From Candidatus Segetimicrobium genomatis (GTDB lineage: Bacteria; Sysuimicrobiota; Sysuimicrobiia; Sysuimicrobiales; Kaftiobacteriaceae): a DNA stretch of 64,000 nucleotides. A program made the translations under genes and the position numbers. Positions 56,378 to 64,000 of this stretch are shown here, one piece after another. How positions within the stretch are numbered: position 1 is the first letter of the stretch; each line of letters opens with the position of its first letter. The notes under the pieces were generated by a model. The model was not told the origin of the DNA, did not search any database, and saw only the letters and a program-made list of their open reading frames with translations. The stretch covers positions 573 through 64,572 of the forward strand of contig VBAL01000114.1 of NCBI GenBank assembly GCA_005888595.1, given 5' to 3'.

Positions 56378-57508
56378 CTACCGGATGATCCCGGACGGTC
56401 GGATCGTGCCCTTCTGGACTTGCTCGATGGTCCCACGCTCTGAGATCAGATAGAGCATGTTGACCCCTGAGGCGACGTGGTACTGGTCAGCGACCTGCTG
56501 ACTGCCGATCAGGAGTGGAACGTATACCTGCCAGGTCGTGATGAGGGTACGCATGGCGACACGATCGGGCCGCATCAAGATCACCAGACCGGCTACCCGG
56601 CCCCCGGACTTCCGTACCCGCCCGTCCAGGTCGCGAATCAACTGTCGCGTTTCATCGTTGAGCGTCCAGACAAACAGGACGACGGTCTTATGCCCGCGAC
56701 CGATCTCAAGCCGGTGAATGACCCCCAGCCGGTCTTTCAACGTCACTGTCGGCGCTTTCGTCCCAGCCGCCAGCGGAGGCCTGGCGGGAGTCGGTCGCGG
56801 ACGAGATGGCACCGCCGGCTTGGGCTGGGGAACGTGGGACGGCTGCGGTGTCAGCGGTGCTGATGCCTGTGGCTCCGATGCCTGTGGCGCCCGTGATGCT
56901 GATGGCGATTCAACCTTGCCGGTGAGCAGCGAGACGACAAGCGACACCGGTCCATCGGTGACCTCAATGGTCTGATAGACCGATGGGTAGCCCTCACGGC
57001 TGACCAGGACGCGGTAGGTTCCCGGTTTCAGGTCGACGGTGAGGGGCGTTGTGCCGACCTGCCGGTCATCCACCTGCACCTGTGCACCAGCCGGCACGGA
57101 GCGGACGAGCAGAAACGAACTGTCTTCCTGACTCGGCTGCGACGCCGGCGCCGGCCCCGCAGGCGTTCCGCCGAGCATCCGCCCCACCGAATGAGCGTAC
57201 AGGGAGCCCAGCACCGGGACCCGTGCGCTGACCGCCGGCACGCCGCCAAGTCCGGTCAGCAGCACCAGCGCGCCAACCACGGCTGCCACGCGCTTGAGCA
57301 GTGCGGGTTTGAGCAGCTTGTGGAATCTACTGTGCCGCGGCAGAGTCGCCGGGCGAATTTCGGTTGTCGCAAACAGTACGCCGCTCTTCGACAGGTCCGT
57401 GCCGCAGGACTCGCACATCAGGGCTCCGGCCGCGAGCTTCGCCCCGCAGATCGGACAGCTTTGGTCGCCCTTTGGGCTCGCCGTTCGAATGTCGCGCATT
57501 TGTATCAA
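56378..57508 (-). CDS. membrane protein with N-terminal zinc ribbon, one TM helix, PEGA domain and Pro-rich linker (possible anti-sigma / envelope-stress partner)
   Basis: CPICG...CESCG zinc ribbon. TM VAAVVGALVLLTGLGGV. PEGA-like LVRSVPAGAQVQVDDRQVGTTPLTVDLKPGTYRVLVSREGY. Divergent from the ECF sigma factor gene. Confidence 0.55.
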   Translation of the reverse strand: MIQMRDIRTASPKGDQSCPICGAKLAAGALMCESCGTDLSKSGVLFATTEIRPATLPRHSRFHKLLKPALLKRVAAVVGALVLLTGLGGVPAVSARVPVLGSLYAHSVGRMLGGTPAGPAPASQPSQEDSSFLLVRSVPAGAQVQVDDRQVGTTPLTVDLKPGTYRVLVSREGYPSVYQTIEVTDGPVSLVVSLLTGKVESPSASRAPQASEPQASAPLTPQPSHVPQPKPAVPSRPRPTPARPPLAAGTKAPTVTLKDRLGVIHRLEIGRGHKTVVLFVWTLNDETRQLIRDLDGRVRKSGGRVAGLVILMRPDRVAMRTLITTWQVYVPLLIGSQQVADQYHVASGVNMLYLISERGTIEQVQKGTIRPSGIIR

Positions 57509-57671
57509 CCGTCTTCCACTTTACATTCCCGAAAAACTCCGCCTTTGGACCTGTCCAGGCGGCAGACTATGTTAAGGAAGCACATCCGCAGCCGTCCGCC
57601 GGTGGGAACTTTTCCCGGCCGCCGGCGTCTAAGCAGACGAAGCCGGGGCAGTGCGCCGGTGAGGGGATCGT

Positions 57672-58241
57672 GTGACGGAGGGGACCGCTCGCGTGAGCGA
57701 AGAGGCGGACCTAATAGCGAGTAGCGTTGCAGGCGACCTGGACGCGTACGACCGCCTGGTAGGACGCTACCAGGATCGAGTCTACCAGGTGGCCTACCGG
57801 ATCACGGGCAACCATGAGGATGCCTGGGATGCCGCGCAGGAAACGTTCTTGCACGCGTTCCGGTCGCTTCCGCGTTTCCGCGGGGCGTCGGCGTTTTCCA
57901 CCTGGGTGCACCGTATCGCCACAAACGCTGCGTTGGACATGATCCGTCGCCGTCCTCCGCAGCCGCCGGTCTCGCTGGAAGGCGTGACGGTGAGCACCGG
58001 CGATGACCCCGCAGAGGCCGCCACACGGTCGGAGCTTCAGCGGCGGATCCATCGCGCAATCATCTCACTGCCGGCCGAACAGCGCGTGGTGGTTGTCCTG
58101 CGTGATGTGCAAGGACTACCCTACGACGAGATCGCTGCCGCGCTGCGGATCCCTCCGGGTACGGTGCGGTCACGCCTCAGCCGCGGCCGCGAGGCGTTGC
58201 GCCAGCAGCTGGCCGATCTTGCCCCCGCGGCAGGGTCCTAG
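57672..58241 (+). CDS. ECF (extracytoplasmic function) RNA polymerase sigma-70 factor
   Basis: Sigma-70 region 2 (DRVYQVAYRITGNHEDAWDAAQETFLHAF) and region 4 (VVVLRDVQGLPYDEIAAALRIPPGTVRSRLSRGR). GTG 57672 after GAGGGGATCG. Confidence 0.85.
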   Translation: MTEGTARVSEEADLIASSVAGDLDAYDRLVGRYQDRVYQVAYRITGNHEDAWDAAQETFLHAFRSLPRFRGASAFSTWVHRIATNAALDMIRRRPPQPPVSLEGVTVSTGDDPAEAATRSELQRRIHRAIISLPAEQRVVVVLRDVQGLPYDEIAAALRIPPGTVRSRLSRGREALRQQLADLAPAAGS

Positions 58242-58266
58242 CGGTGTGCACGAGGAGGAGCGATAA

Positions 58267-59466
58267 ATGACGATGGGCCATGTGACAGAGTTGCTCTCAG
58301 CCTACCTGGACGAGCGGGTGGGCGCGGACGAGCGCGCCAGGATTGTCACGCATCTGGACGCCTGTGAGTCGTGCCGGGCGCATCTGGAGTCGCTGCGCAG
58401 GACCGTGGCACTGCTGCACACCGCAGAGCCGGTACGGGCGCCGGAAGGCTTCCGCGCTCAGGTGCGTGCCAGGATCGAAGCGCAGCCGCGCCGCGTCCCG
58501 CGCACCCTTCACCTGCCCCGGTGGATCGGGTCGTGGCGGACCGCAGGGGCGGCCGTGGCGGTGGTCCTGATTGGGCTATTTACGGCAAACCTCCTGCGGG
58601 AGCAGTTCCCGGGCGTGGCGCTGCGGCGCGATCGGGTACCCCAAGGATCAGTTCCTGCACCGCTGCCCCCATCCGCGTCTGTGGATCGGGCCGCGCGCGC
58701 GCCGGAGTTGAGCGCCCCCCAGGCTGGCGGATATCCAGTCCCAGGACAGGTTGGTGCGCCTCCAATCCCGGCACCATATAGCCCCGGTGAGCCAGCCCTG
58801 CGGCGCGTGATCCGTACCGCCAGCGTGATGCTGGAGGTAGGCGACCTGGACGAGACGGCGTCGAGGCTGACCCGCATCGCCGAGGTGGCGGGGGGGTTTA
58901 TCGCCGATTCCTCCTACGCGCAGGCGGGCTCGACACCGGAAGGGACGTTTGTCCTGCGCGTGCCGGCCCCGCGCTTCGCCGACGCGCTGTCACAGGTGGA
59001 AAGCCTTGGCCATGTGCAGCAGCGCCGTGTCAGCGGTCAGGACGTGACGGAAGAGTACGTCGACCTGCGCTCTCGCATCCGCAACCTGGAACGCTACGAG
59101 CAGAGACTGCTGGCGCTCGTGGATCGCGCTGCGAAAGTGTCAGACCTGCTGGAGATCGAGCAGGAGCTCGCGCGGGTCCGAGGCGAGATTGAGATGCTCA
59201 CGGGACGCGCGCGATATCTGGACCGGCAGGTAGATCTGGCGATGATTCAGGTGAGTGCACGCGAGCAGACCAGGCAGTCCGGAGGGTTCTGGGATTTGTC
59301 GGGGACGCTGACAAAAATCCAGACTGCCTTCGTGGAGACGATCCGTCAACTCCTGCGGGCGGCCGAAGCCGTGGTCGTCGCACTCAGCGCCCTGGTGCCC
59401 GTCCTCGCGCTGGCCGGCATCGTCTGGCTGGTGGTGCGCCGGGTCCGGCTGGCGCGGGGGGTCTGA
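58267..59466 (+). CDS. anti-sigma factor: N-terminal zinc-finger anti-sigma domain + TM helix + C-terminal DUF4349-like domain
   Basis: HLDACESCRAHL zinc-finger motif. TM AGAAVAVVLIGLF. C-terminal coiled-coil-rich domain with terminal TM. 26 nt downstream of the sigma gene. Confidence 0.75.
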   Translation: MTMGHVTELLSAYLDERVGADERARIVTHLDACESCRAHLESLRRTVALLHTAEPVRAPEGFRAQVRARIEAQPRRVPRTLHLPRWIGSWRTAGAAVAVVLIGLFTANLLREQFPGVALRRDRVPQGSVPAPLPPSASVDRAARAPELSAPQAGGYPVPGQVGAPPIPAPYSPGEPALRRVIRTASVMLEVGDLDETASRLTRIAEVAGGFIADSSYAQAGSTPEGTFVLRVPAPRFADALSQVESLGHVQQRRVSGQDVTEEYVDLRSRIRNLERYEQRLLALVDRAAKVSDLLEIEQELARVRGEIEMLTGRARYLDRQVDLAMIQVSAREQTRQSGGFWDLSGTLTKIQTAFVETIRQLLRAAEAVVVALSALVPVLALAGIVWLVVRRVRLARGV

Positions 59467-59471
59467 CCCGT

Positions 59472-60389
59472 TCAGTCAAGGGCGGAGGGCAGCACCACTC
59501 GTCTGGCCGCGAACAGGTCAGAGACCTGGATCAGGACTACCGCAGCAACGATCGCCAGTCCGCCCGTGATCTGGACGGCCCCCAGCACCTCGTGGAGCAT
59601 CAGCATCGCCGCCGTACTGCCGACCACCGGTTCCAGCGTCGCGGTCAGGCTGGCCAGGCTCGAGGTGATGTGACGCAGGCCGTACAGAAACAGCCCAAAC
59701 GGCAGAATAGTGGCGAAGACGACGATGAAGCCGAACAGCGCCCACTCGACTGGTGCGTGGGCCGGTAGATACGCCTTCCACGGCGGCACGATCAGACTCC
59801 AGGCAGCCGCGCCCGATCCCAGCGCGTACAGCAGCATCGTCCACGAGCCAACCTGCTGGATCCGCCCTCGCCCCAGGATCGCGTACACCCCGAACGCCAC
59901 GGCCGACAAACATCCGCTGAGCAGTCCCAGCGGGTGGATACGGATGCCCTCCCCGCCGGTGACGAGGAAGTAGCTGCCGGTCACCGCGAGCAGGATCGCG
60001 CCGCCCCGCAGCGGCGTGATCGCCTCGCCTTTCGCGGCCCACGCGTACAGCGCGACAAAGACCGGCGCCGTGTACTGCAAGAATAGGGCGGTGGAGACGC
60101 CGGTCAGGCTGATGGTCAGATAGTAGGTGAACTGGGCGGATGTCATCGCCAGTCCGAGCAATACGAGCCGCCCCAACAGGTCCCGCGGTACCCGCAGCGG
60201 ATGTCCCCGCAGTGTCAGGATGACCAGCAGTGTCAGAAAGGACGCAGTCAGCCGGATTTCGACGAGCGTCCACGGTTCGATGCGGCGGTTGAACAGGACC
60301 TTCGCGACAACCCCCGAGACACCCCAGAGGGTCGCCGCGGCCATCACTGCCGCGTAACCGCGCAACCGCGAGTGTAGGGTGGCAGTCAA
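59472..60389 (-). CDS. DMT-superfamily transporter (EamA-like, 10 TM)
   Basis: Two EamA-type 5-TM repeats. TTG 60389 start after GAGGGGAG RBS. Confidence 0.75.
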   Translation of the reverse strand: MTATLHSRLRGYAAVMAAATLWGVSGVVAKVLFNRRIEPWTLVEIRLTASFLTLLVILTLRGHPLRVPRDLLGRLVLLGLAMTSAQFTYYLTISLTGVSTALFLQYTAPVFVALYAWAAKGEAITPLRGGAILLAVTGSYFLVTGGEGIRIHPLGLLSGCLSAVAFGVYAILGRGRIQQVGSWTMLLYALGSGAAAWSLIVPPWKAYLPAHAPVEWALFGFIVVFATILPFGLFLYGLRHITSSLASLTATLEPVVGSTAAMLMLHEVLGAVQITGGLAIVAAVVLIQVSDLFAARRVVLPSALD

Positions 60390-60411
60390 ATGAGCTCCCC
60401 TCGAACGGGTA

Positions 60412-60488
60412 GAACGCAGAATGCAGAAGGCAGAACGCAGAGGGACCCTAGCTGTCTGCGTTCTGCGTTCTGCGCTCTGCGTTCTGCG
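60412..60488. terminator. imperfect hairpin built from GCAGAAC hexa/heptamer repeats overlapping the stop codon of the gene at 60448 (candidate terminator/attenuator ahead of the DMT gene)
   Basis: Left arm GAACGCAGAATGCAGAAGGCAGAACGCAGAG (60412-60442), loop GGACCCTAGCTGT containing the TAG stop (60448-60450 on minus), right arm CTGCGTTCTGCGTTCTGCGCTCTGCGTTCTGCGG (60456-60488). No T-tract. Confidence 0.5.
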
Positions 60489-61326
60489 GAAGCAGAGCGT
60501 CTAGCGTCAGCAGAAATCCTGCGAGCATGTCAGAGCCGGAGGTCTCGCCAAATGCCATGACTCCGCGCGCGGCGATAGCGATACGTTCGGCCTCATGCGA
60601 CGCTAGTGCGGCAACAAGCCGGTGCCAGGATTCGCTGGCCTCTCCGCGCGCTGCGGCCTCGAGGTAGGCCATGCTGATGCGGGTCGTCCGATCGCGCACG
60701 GCAGAGATGATGGCCTGACGCATCACGCGTGAGTCATCAGCATGCAGGGCAAAGGCAAGCAGGCCTCCCACGAGGACATCATCGCCTGAGGGAGTCAACC
60801 CCGGGCCCATGCCGGCCAGTGCGCCCGCGGCACGGCTTACCAGAATCGCGTCACGACGCTGCAGTCCACGAGCCAGTTCCACGATCGCCGCCTCCGCCCG
60901 TCTCTCCAACGCCGTCGTCGACGCATTCGGACGACTCACGGCTCGGGCAAGTCCACCTTCCGGGGCCTCCATATCGAGCAGGCGCTGCAGTGTTGGTAAA
61001 TGACGGCGGAGTGTGGGGAACTGTTCTTCCGGCCATGCTCGCAGCGTGGCGTCCCAGACGGCTGCATCATGCAGTCCGATCTCAATGCCGCTGGAGGCCG
61101 CGACGGCGCCTGGGGCGACTCGATCCTGCCAGGCGTCCATCTCGACGACGAGATTCAGCGGGCCGTTCAACAATGCGGGCGCGACGAGGGCGACGATCTG
61201 TCCATCCAGGTTGAGGTAGCAACTCCGATCATATGTCGCGAGGACGTTGCCCCGGTGAGGCTCAATGAAGAACCCGGCAAGCCGTCGACTGACAGACAGG
61301 ACCCGCAGCAACGCCCTCGCTCTCAT
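60448..61326 (-). CDS. hypothetical protein translationally coupled (ATGA) to the upstream Xdh/Cox small-subunit gene; possible maturation/accessory factor
   Basis: ATG 61326 (MRARALLRVLSVSRRLAGFFIEPHRG) overlaps the coxS-like stop. 292 aa. No confident family. ORF track start 61593 is an N-extension into coxS. Confidence 0.5.
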   Translation of the reverse strand: MRARALLRVLSVSRRLAGFFIEPHRGNVLATYDRSCYLNLDGQIVALVAPALLNGPLNLVVEMDAWQDRVAPGAVAASSGIEIGLHDAAVWDATLRAWPEEQFPTLRRHLPTLQRLLDMEAPEGGLARAVSRPNASTTALERRAEAAIVELARGLQRRDAILVSRAAGALAGMGPGLTPSGDDVLVGGLLAFALHADDSRVMRQAIISAVRDRTTRISMAYLEAAARGEASESWHRLVAALASHEAERIAIAARGVMAFGETSGSDMLAGFLLTLDALLPQNAERRTQNADS

Positions 61327-61994
61327 GTTCGCGTTTCCGCGCTCCGCCCCGAGCCGGCGTGGGGGTTTCCGTGCTTGCGCGCCCCGCCGCCCCGAGCCCG
61401 CGGAACGGGCGTGGGGGTTGCCGTCCCCACTCGCTGCGCCGCGTCGGAAACCGCTTCGACAATACCCTGGTAGCCGGTGCACCGGCAAAGATGACCCGCC
61501 AGCGCTACCCGGATTTCGTCGGCGCTCGGGCTGGGACACTCGCGCAAGAATGCGAGGGTCGTCATCAGAAATCCCGGGGTGCAGAAGCCGCATTGCAACC
61601 CATGGTGATCCCGGAACGCTTCCTGAATCGGATGCAGCCGGTCCGGCGTGCCCAGCGCCTCCACGGTCATGATCTCCTCACCGGCAGCCTGCACGGCGAA
61701 CATCAGACAGCTCCTGACCGGCGCGCCGTCGAGCAGAATGGTGCAAGCCCCGCAGACCCCGTGCTCGCACCCGACGTGCGTGCCGGTGAGCCCCAGGTGC
61801 TCTCGGATGAAGTCCACCAGGGTCATCCGGACCTCTACCTCAGCGGTCTGGGCGACCCCATTCACCTGCACGGTGATCTCTTTGCGCGTCACAAGCGGCG
61901 GGGCCGCCGCCTCCGTGCGCACGGGATTTCCCCGGCGCGCCGTCACAACCCGCGCCTTCGTTGTTCGCCTGACCACGCCCGTGCGCTTCTTCAT
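61323..61994 (-). CDS. (2Fe-2S)-binding small subunit of a xanthine-dehydrogenase/CO-dehydrogenase-family molybdoenzyme (CoxS/XdhC-like)
   Basis: Plant-type ferredoxin Cys cluster GCEHGVCGACT and second cluster QCGFCTPGF...CRCTGY. Start uncertain (ATG 61994 gives ~35-aa N-extension relative to typical CoxS). Confidence 0.8.
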   Translation of the reverse strand: MKKRTGVVRRTTKARVVTARRGNPVRTEAAAPPLVTRKEITVQVNGVAQTAEVEVRMTLVDFIREHLGLTGTHVGCEHGVCGACTILLDGAPVRSCLMFAVQAAGEEIMTVEALGTPDRLHPIQEAFRDHHGLQCGFCTPGFLMTTLAFLRECPSPSADEIRVALAGHLCRCTGYQGIVEAVSDAAQRVGTATPTPVPRARGGGARKHGNPHAGSGRSAETRT

Positions 61995-62097
61995 GTGCTG
62001 TCATTGCGAGGCCCGAAGGGCCGAAGCAATCTCCATTGACGGAGATCGCCACGCGCCTTCGGCGCTCGCGATGACAATGTGAGAGACTGCTCCGATT
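61995..62097. promoter_or_regulatory. nested inverted repeat between coxM-like stop and coxS-like start
   Basis: GTCATTGCGAGGCCCGAAGG (62000-62019) pairs with CCTTCGGCGCTCGCGATGACA (62056-62076). Inner perfect palindrome ATCTCCATTGACGGAGAT (62029-62046). Confidence 0.6.
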
Positions 62098-62979
62098 TCA
62101 TCGCATTCTCATCTGTTTCATCCTGGCCCGTTCCGCCGCTGCCTGTATCGCGCGCCGTGCCAGGACCCCGGCCACTTCTTTCCGGTACTCCGCGGACGCA
62201 TGGATGTCGCCGGTCGGGTCAATGGTGTGCGTCACGAGTTTTCCCAGTTCAGCCAGGACCCCGTCGGTGACCATCTTGCCGGTGACCACCGCTTCGGCGT
62301 CAGGAATGCGGACCGGGACCGGCCCCACGCCGGTAAAGGCCAACCGCGCCCGTTGGCAGACGTTTCCGGCCATGGTCACCACCGCCCCCACGCCGACCAG
62401 GGCGTAGTCGCCGTGCCGGCGTGCCACTTCCAGGAACGCAGCGCCTTGTTGTTCGTGCGCCGGGAACCGCACTTCGAGCAGCAACTCGTCCGGTTCCAGG
62501 GCCGTTGTGAGGTACGAGACGAAGAACCCGTGCGCCGCCACGCGACGCGTCCCCCCAGGGCCGCGGACGACGACGCTGCCCTCCAGCGCGGCCAGCACCG
62601 CCGGCAACTCCGCAGACGGATCAGCGTGCGCGATGTTGCCGCCTACCGTCCCGCGCGTGCGAATCTGGAGATGCCCCACCAGCGGCAGTGCGTCGGCCAG
62701 CAGCGGAAGCCTTCGCGTCACGACCGGCGAGCGCTCTGCCGTGCGCTGCCTCGTCATCGCGCCGATGGCGATCTCGCCGTTCTCTTCGCGGATGTAGTCG
62801 AGTGTTTTCACGCGGTTGAGGTCGATGATCACCGACGGGCGCGCCAGCCGCATATTCAGCAACGGGACCAGACTCTGCCCGCCGGCGAGCAGCTTCCCCT
62901 CGGCCCCGTGGGCGTGCAGCAGTGCCACGGTTTCCTCCACGGACTCCGGCGCCGCGTATTGAAAAGGGGCCGGTTTCAT
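62098..62979 (-). CDS. FAD-binding medium subunit of xanthine-dehydrogenase/CO-dehydrogenase-family enzyme (CoxM/XdhB-like)
   Basis: FAD_binding_5 N-terminus (FQYAAPESVEETVALL...LLAGGQSLVPLLNMRLARP) and CO_deh_flav_C region. 293 aa. Confidence 0.85.
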   Translation of the reverse strand: MKPAPFQYAAPESVEETVALLHAHGAEGKLLAGGQSLVPLLNMRLARPSVIIDLNRVKTLDYIREENGEIAIGAMTRQRTAERSPVVTRRLPLLADALPLVGHLQIRTRGTVGGNIAHADPSAELPAVLAALEGSVVVRGPGGTRRVAAHGFFVSYLTTALEPDELLLEVRFPAHEQQGAAFLEVARRHGDYALVGVGAVVTMAGNVCQRARLAFTGVGPVPVRIPDAEAVVTGKMVTDGVLAELGKLVTHTIDPTGDIHASAEYRKEVAGVLARRAIQAAAERARMKQMRMR

Positions 62980-62986
62980 GTTTCGC

Positions 62987-64000
62987 CTACTCCTCTCCCT
63001 TGGGGAGAGGGTCAGGGTGAGGGGACGGTCTCTTCGCTCTGGCTTCTCGAATCATTTCCAACAGCCGGTTCGGGCTGAGCGGCATCTCGGTGATGCGGAT
63101 GCCCAACTCCGACAGCGCATCATCGAGCGCCTGCGCCATGAGCGCCGGAACCGGGATCACCCCCGCCTCGCCGGCTCCCTTTACGCCCAGCGGGTTGAGC
63201 GGCGATGGAGTCTCGAGATGGTCCACCTCGATCTCCGGAACTTCCATCGCAGTGGGCAGCAGGTAGTCCATGAATGTTTGCGTCAGGAGTTGTCCGCTCT
63301 CGTCGTAGACCAGTTTCTCGTAGAAGGCCCCACCCAACCCCTGCGCTACGCCCCCGCGGATCTGGCCGTCGAGGATCATCGGGTTGATGACCCGGCCGCA
63401 GTCGTGGACCACGACATACTTCAGAATCTTGAGCATGCCGGTCTCGATGTCGACCTCGACGATCGCGGCGTGCACTCCGTTGGGAAACGTCCCGCGGGGC
63501 GGGGCGAAGTAGCGGCTGGCCTCCAGCCCGGGCTGCTCCCACTCCTGGGGGAGCGTACCGCGCAGCGGGTTGGCCGCGACGGCGACCTCAGCCAGGGTCA
63601 TCGATTTCCCCGGCGCGCCGCGGACATACACGCGGCCGTGCTCCAGCACCAGATCGTCGGGGCGCGCTTCCAGTTTGGTGGCCGCCACCAGCAGCGTTTT
63701 CTCCCGCACGGCCTGCGCGGCGAGGTGCACGGCGCTGCCCGCCACGACCGCCGCCCGGCTGGCAAAGGTGCCGGTCCCCCAGCCAAACGCGCCGCTGTCA
63801 CCGGTGATGACGATGACGTCTTCGACCCGGACGGTCAGGGCGTCCGCGATGATCTGCGCAAACGAGGTGAAGTGTCCTTGCCCCTGCGTGCCGACGCTGG
63901 TCGCGGCGTAGACCTTCCCCGACGGCTCCACGGTCACCCGGCATCCCTCGTACGGGCCGATGCCGGACCCTTCCACATAGCAGGCCACTCCCAGCCCGAC
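62987..64000 (-). CDS. molybdopterin-binding large subunit of xanthine-dehydrogenase/CO-dehydrogenase-family enzyme (CoxL/XdhA-like), C-terminal ~335 aa; gene continues beyond window end
   Basis: Ald_Xan_dh_C2 region motifs (HDCGRVINP, GQIRGGVAQGLG, PLGVKGAGEAG). Frame open to the window edge. Confidence 0.8.
   Translation of the reverse strand, partial: VGLGVACYVEGSGIGPYEGCRVTVEPSGKVYAATSVGTQGQGHFTSFAQIIADALTVRVEDVIVITGDSGAFGWGTGTFASRAAVVAGSAVHLAAQAVREKTLLVAATKLEARPDDLVLEHGRVYVRGAPGKSMTLAEVAVAANPLRGTLPQEWEQPGLEASRYFAPPRGTFPNGVHAAIVEVDIETGMLKILKYVVVHDCGRVINPMILDGQIRGGVAQGLGGAFYEKLVYDESGQLLTQTFMDYLLPTAMEVPEIEVDHLETPSPLNPLGVKGAGEAGVIPVPALMAQALDDALSELGIRITEMPLSPNRLLEMIREARAKRPSPHPDPLPKGEE

Overview
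High-GC (~65-70%) bacterial chromosomal segment, densely packed, with many 4-nt ATGA/GTGA overlaps between genes. Codon usage, TAT signals and domain repertoire suggest an actinobacterium- or Chloroflexi-like soil or thermophilic organism, but this cannot be confirmed without a database search.

Content from start to end:
- A PotABCD-like ABC uptake operon (1.4-5.3 kb). Its second permease carries a deletion/frameshift that fuses it in-frame to the ATPase gene.
- A sharply lower-GC (~48-50%) island (5.3-6.1 kb). It holds a small 3-TM protein gene followed by three tandem ~100-bp structured repeats.
- A 13.5-kb minus-strand catabolic gene cluster (6.1-19.6 kb). It encodes a DegT-family aminotransferase, two Gfo/Idh/MocA oxidoreductases, a xylose-isomerase-like TIM-barrel enzyme, an enolase-superfamily dehydratase, a Zn-ADH, a creatininase-family amidohydrolase and two sugar ABC transporters (CUT2 complete, CUT1 without ATPase). 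This is a candidate amino-sugar/aminocyclitol (inosamine-like) utilisation pathway that I could not assign to a known locus.
- A paralogous PotABCD-like operon with shuffled gene order (20.1-24.1 kb).
- Disrupted GDPD and TIM-barrel genes, a third MocA-type oxidoreductase, and a frameshifted secreted BNR/sialidase-like protein.
- A four-gene c-di-GMP/two-component signalling cluster: dCache-GAF histidine kinase, CheY-like REC, REC-PAS-GAF-GAF-HD-GYP, and membrane-GAF-degenerate GGDEF.
- DmpA-like peptidase, M23 peptidase and an orphan STAS anti-sigma-factor antagonist.
- FdrA plus a DUF1116 protein, Dpp-like SBP and permeases without ATPases, HAD dehalogenase, cyclase-family protein and CoA-transferase.
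- A fused AccD-AccA carboxyltransferase.
- A BMP-family ABC transporter.
- An ECF sigma factor with a DUF4349 anti-sigma factor and a zinc-ribbon-PEGA membrane protein.
- An EamA/DMT transporter.
- The 3' part of a CoxSML/Xdh-type molybdo-flavo-iron-sulfur enzyme operon running off the window end.

No rRNA or tRNA genes, CRISPR arrays, transposases or integrases were seen. A recurring non-coding theme is long imperfect hairpins built from tandem 6-10-nt repeats in several intergenic regions. All functional calls rest on motif/domain recognition in the translated ORFs without database searches. Start codons are inferred from RBS, signal peptides and gene overlaps.
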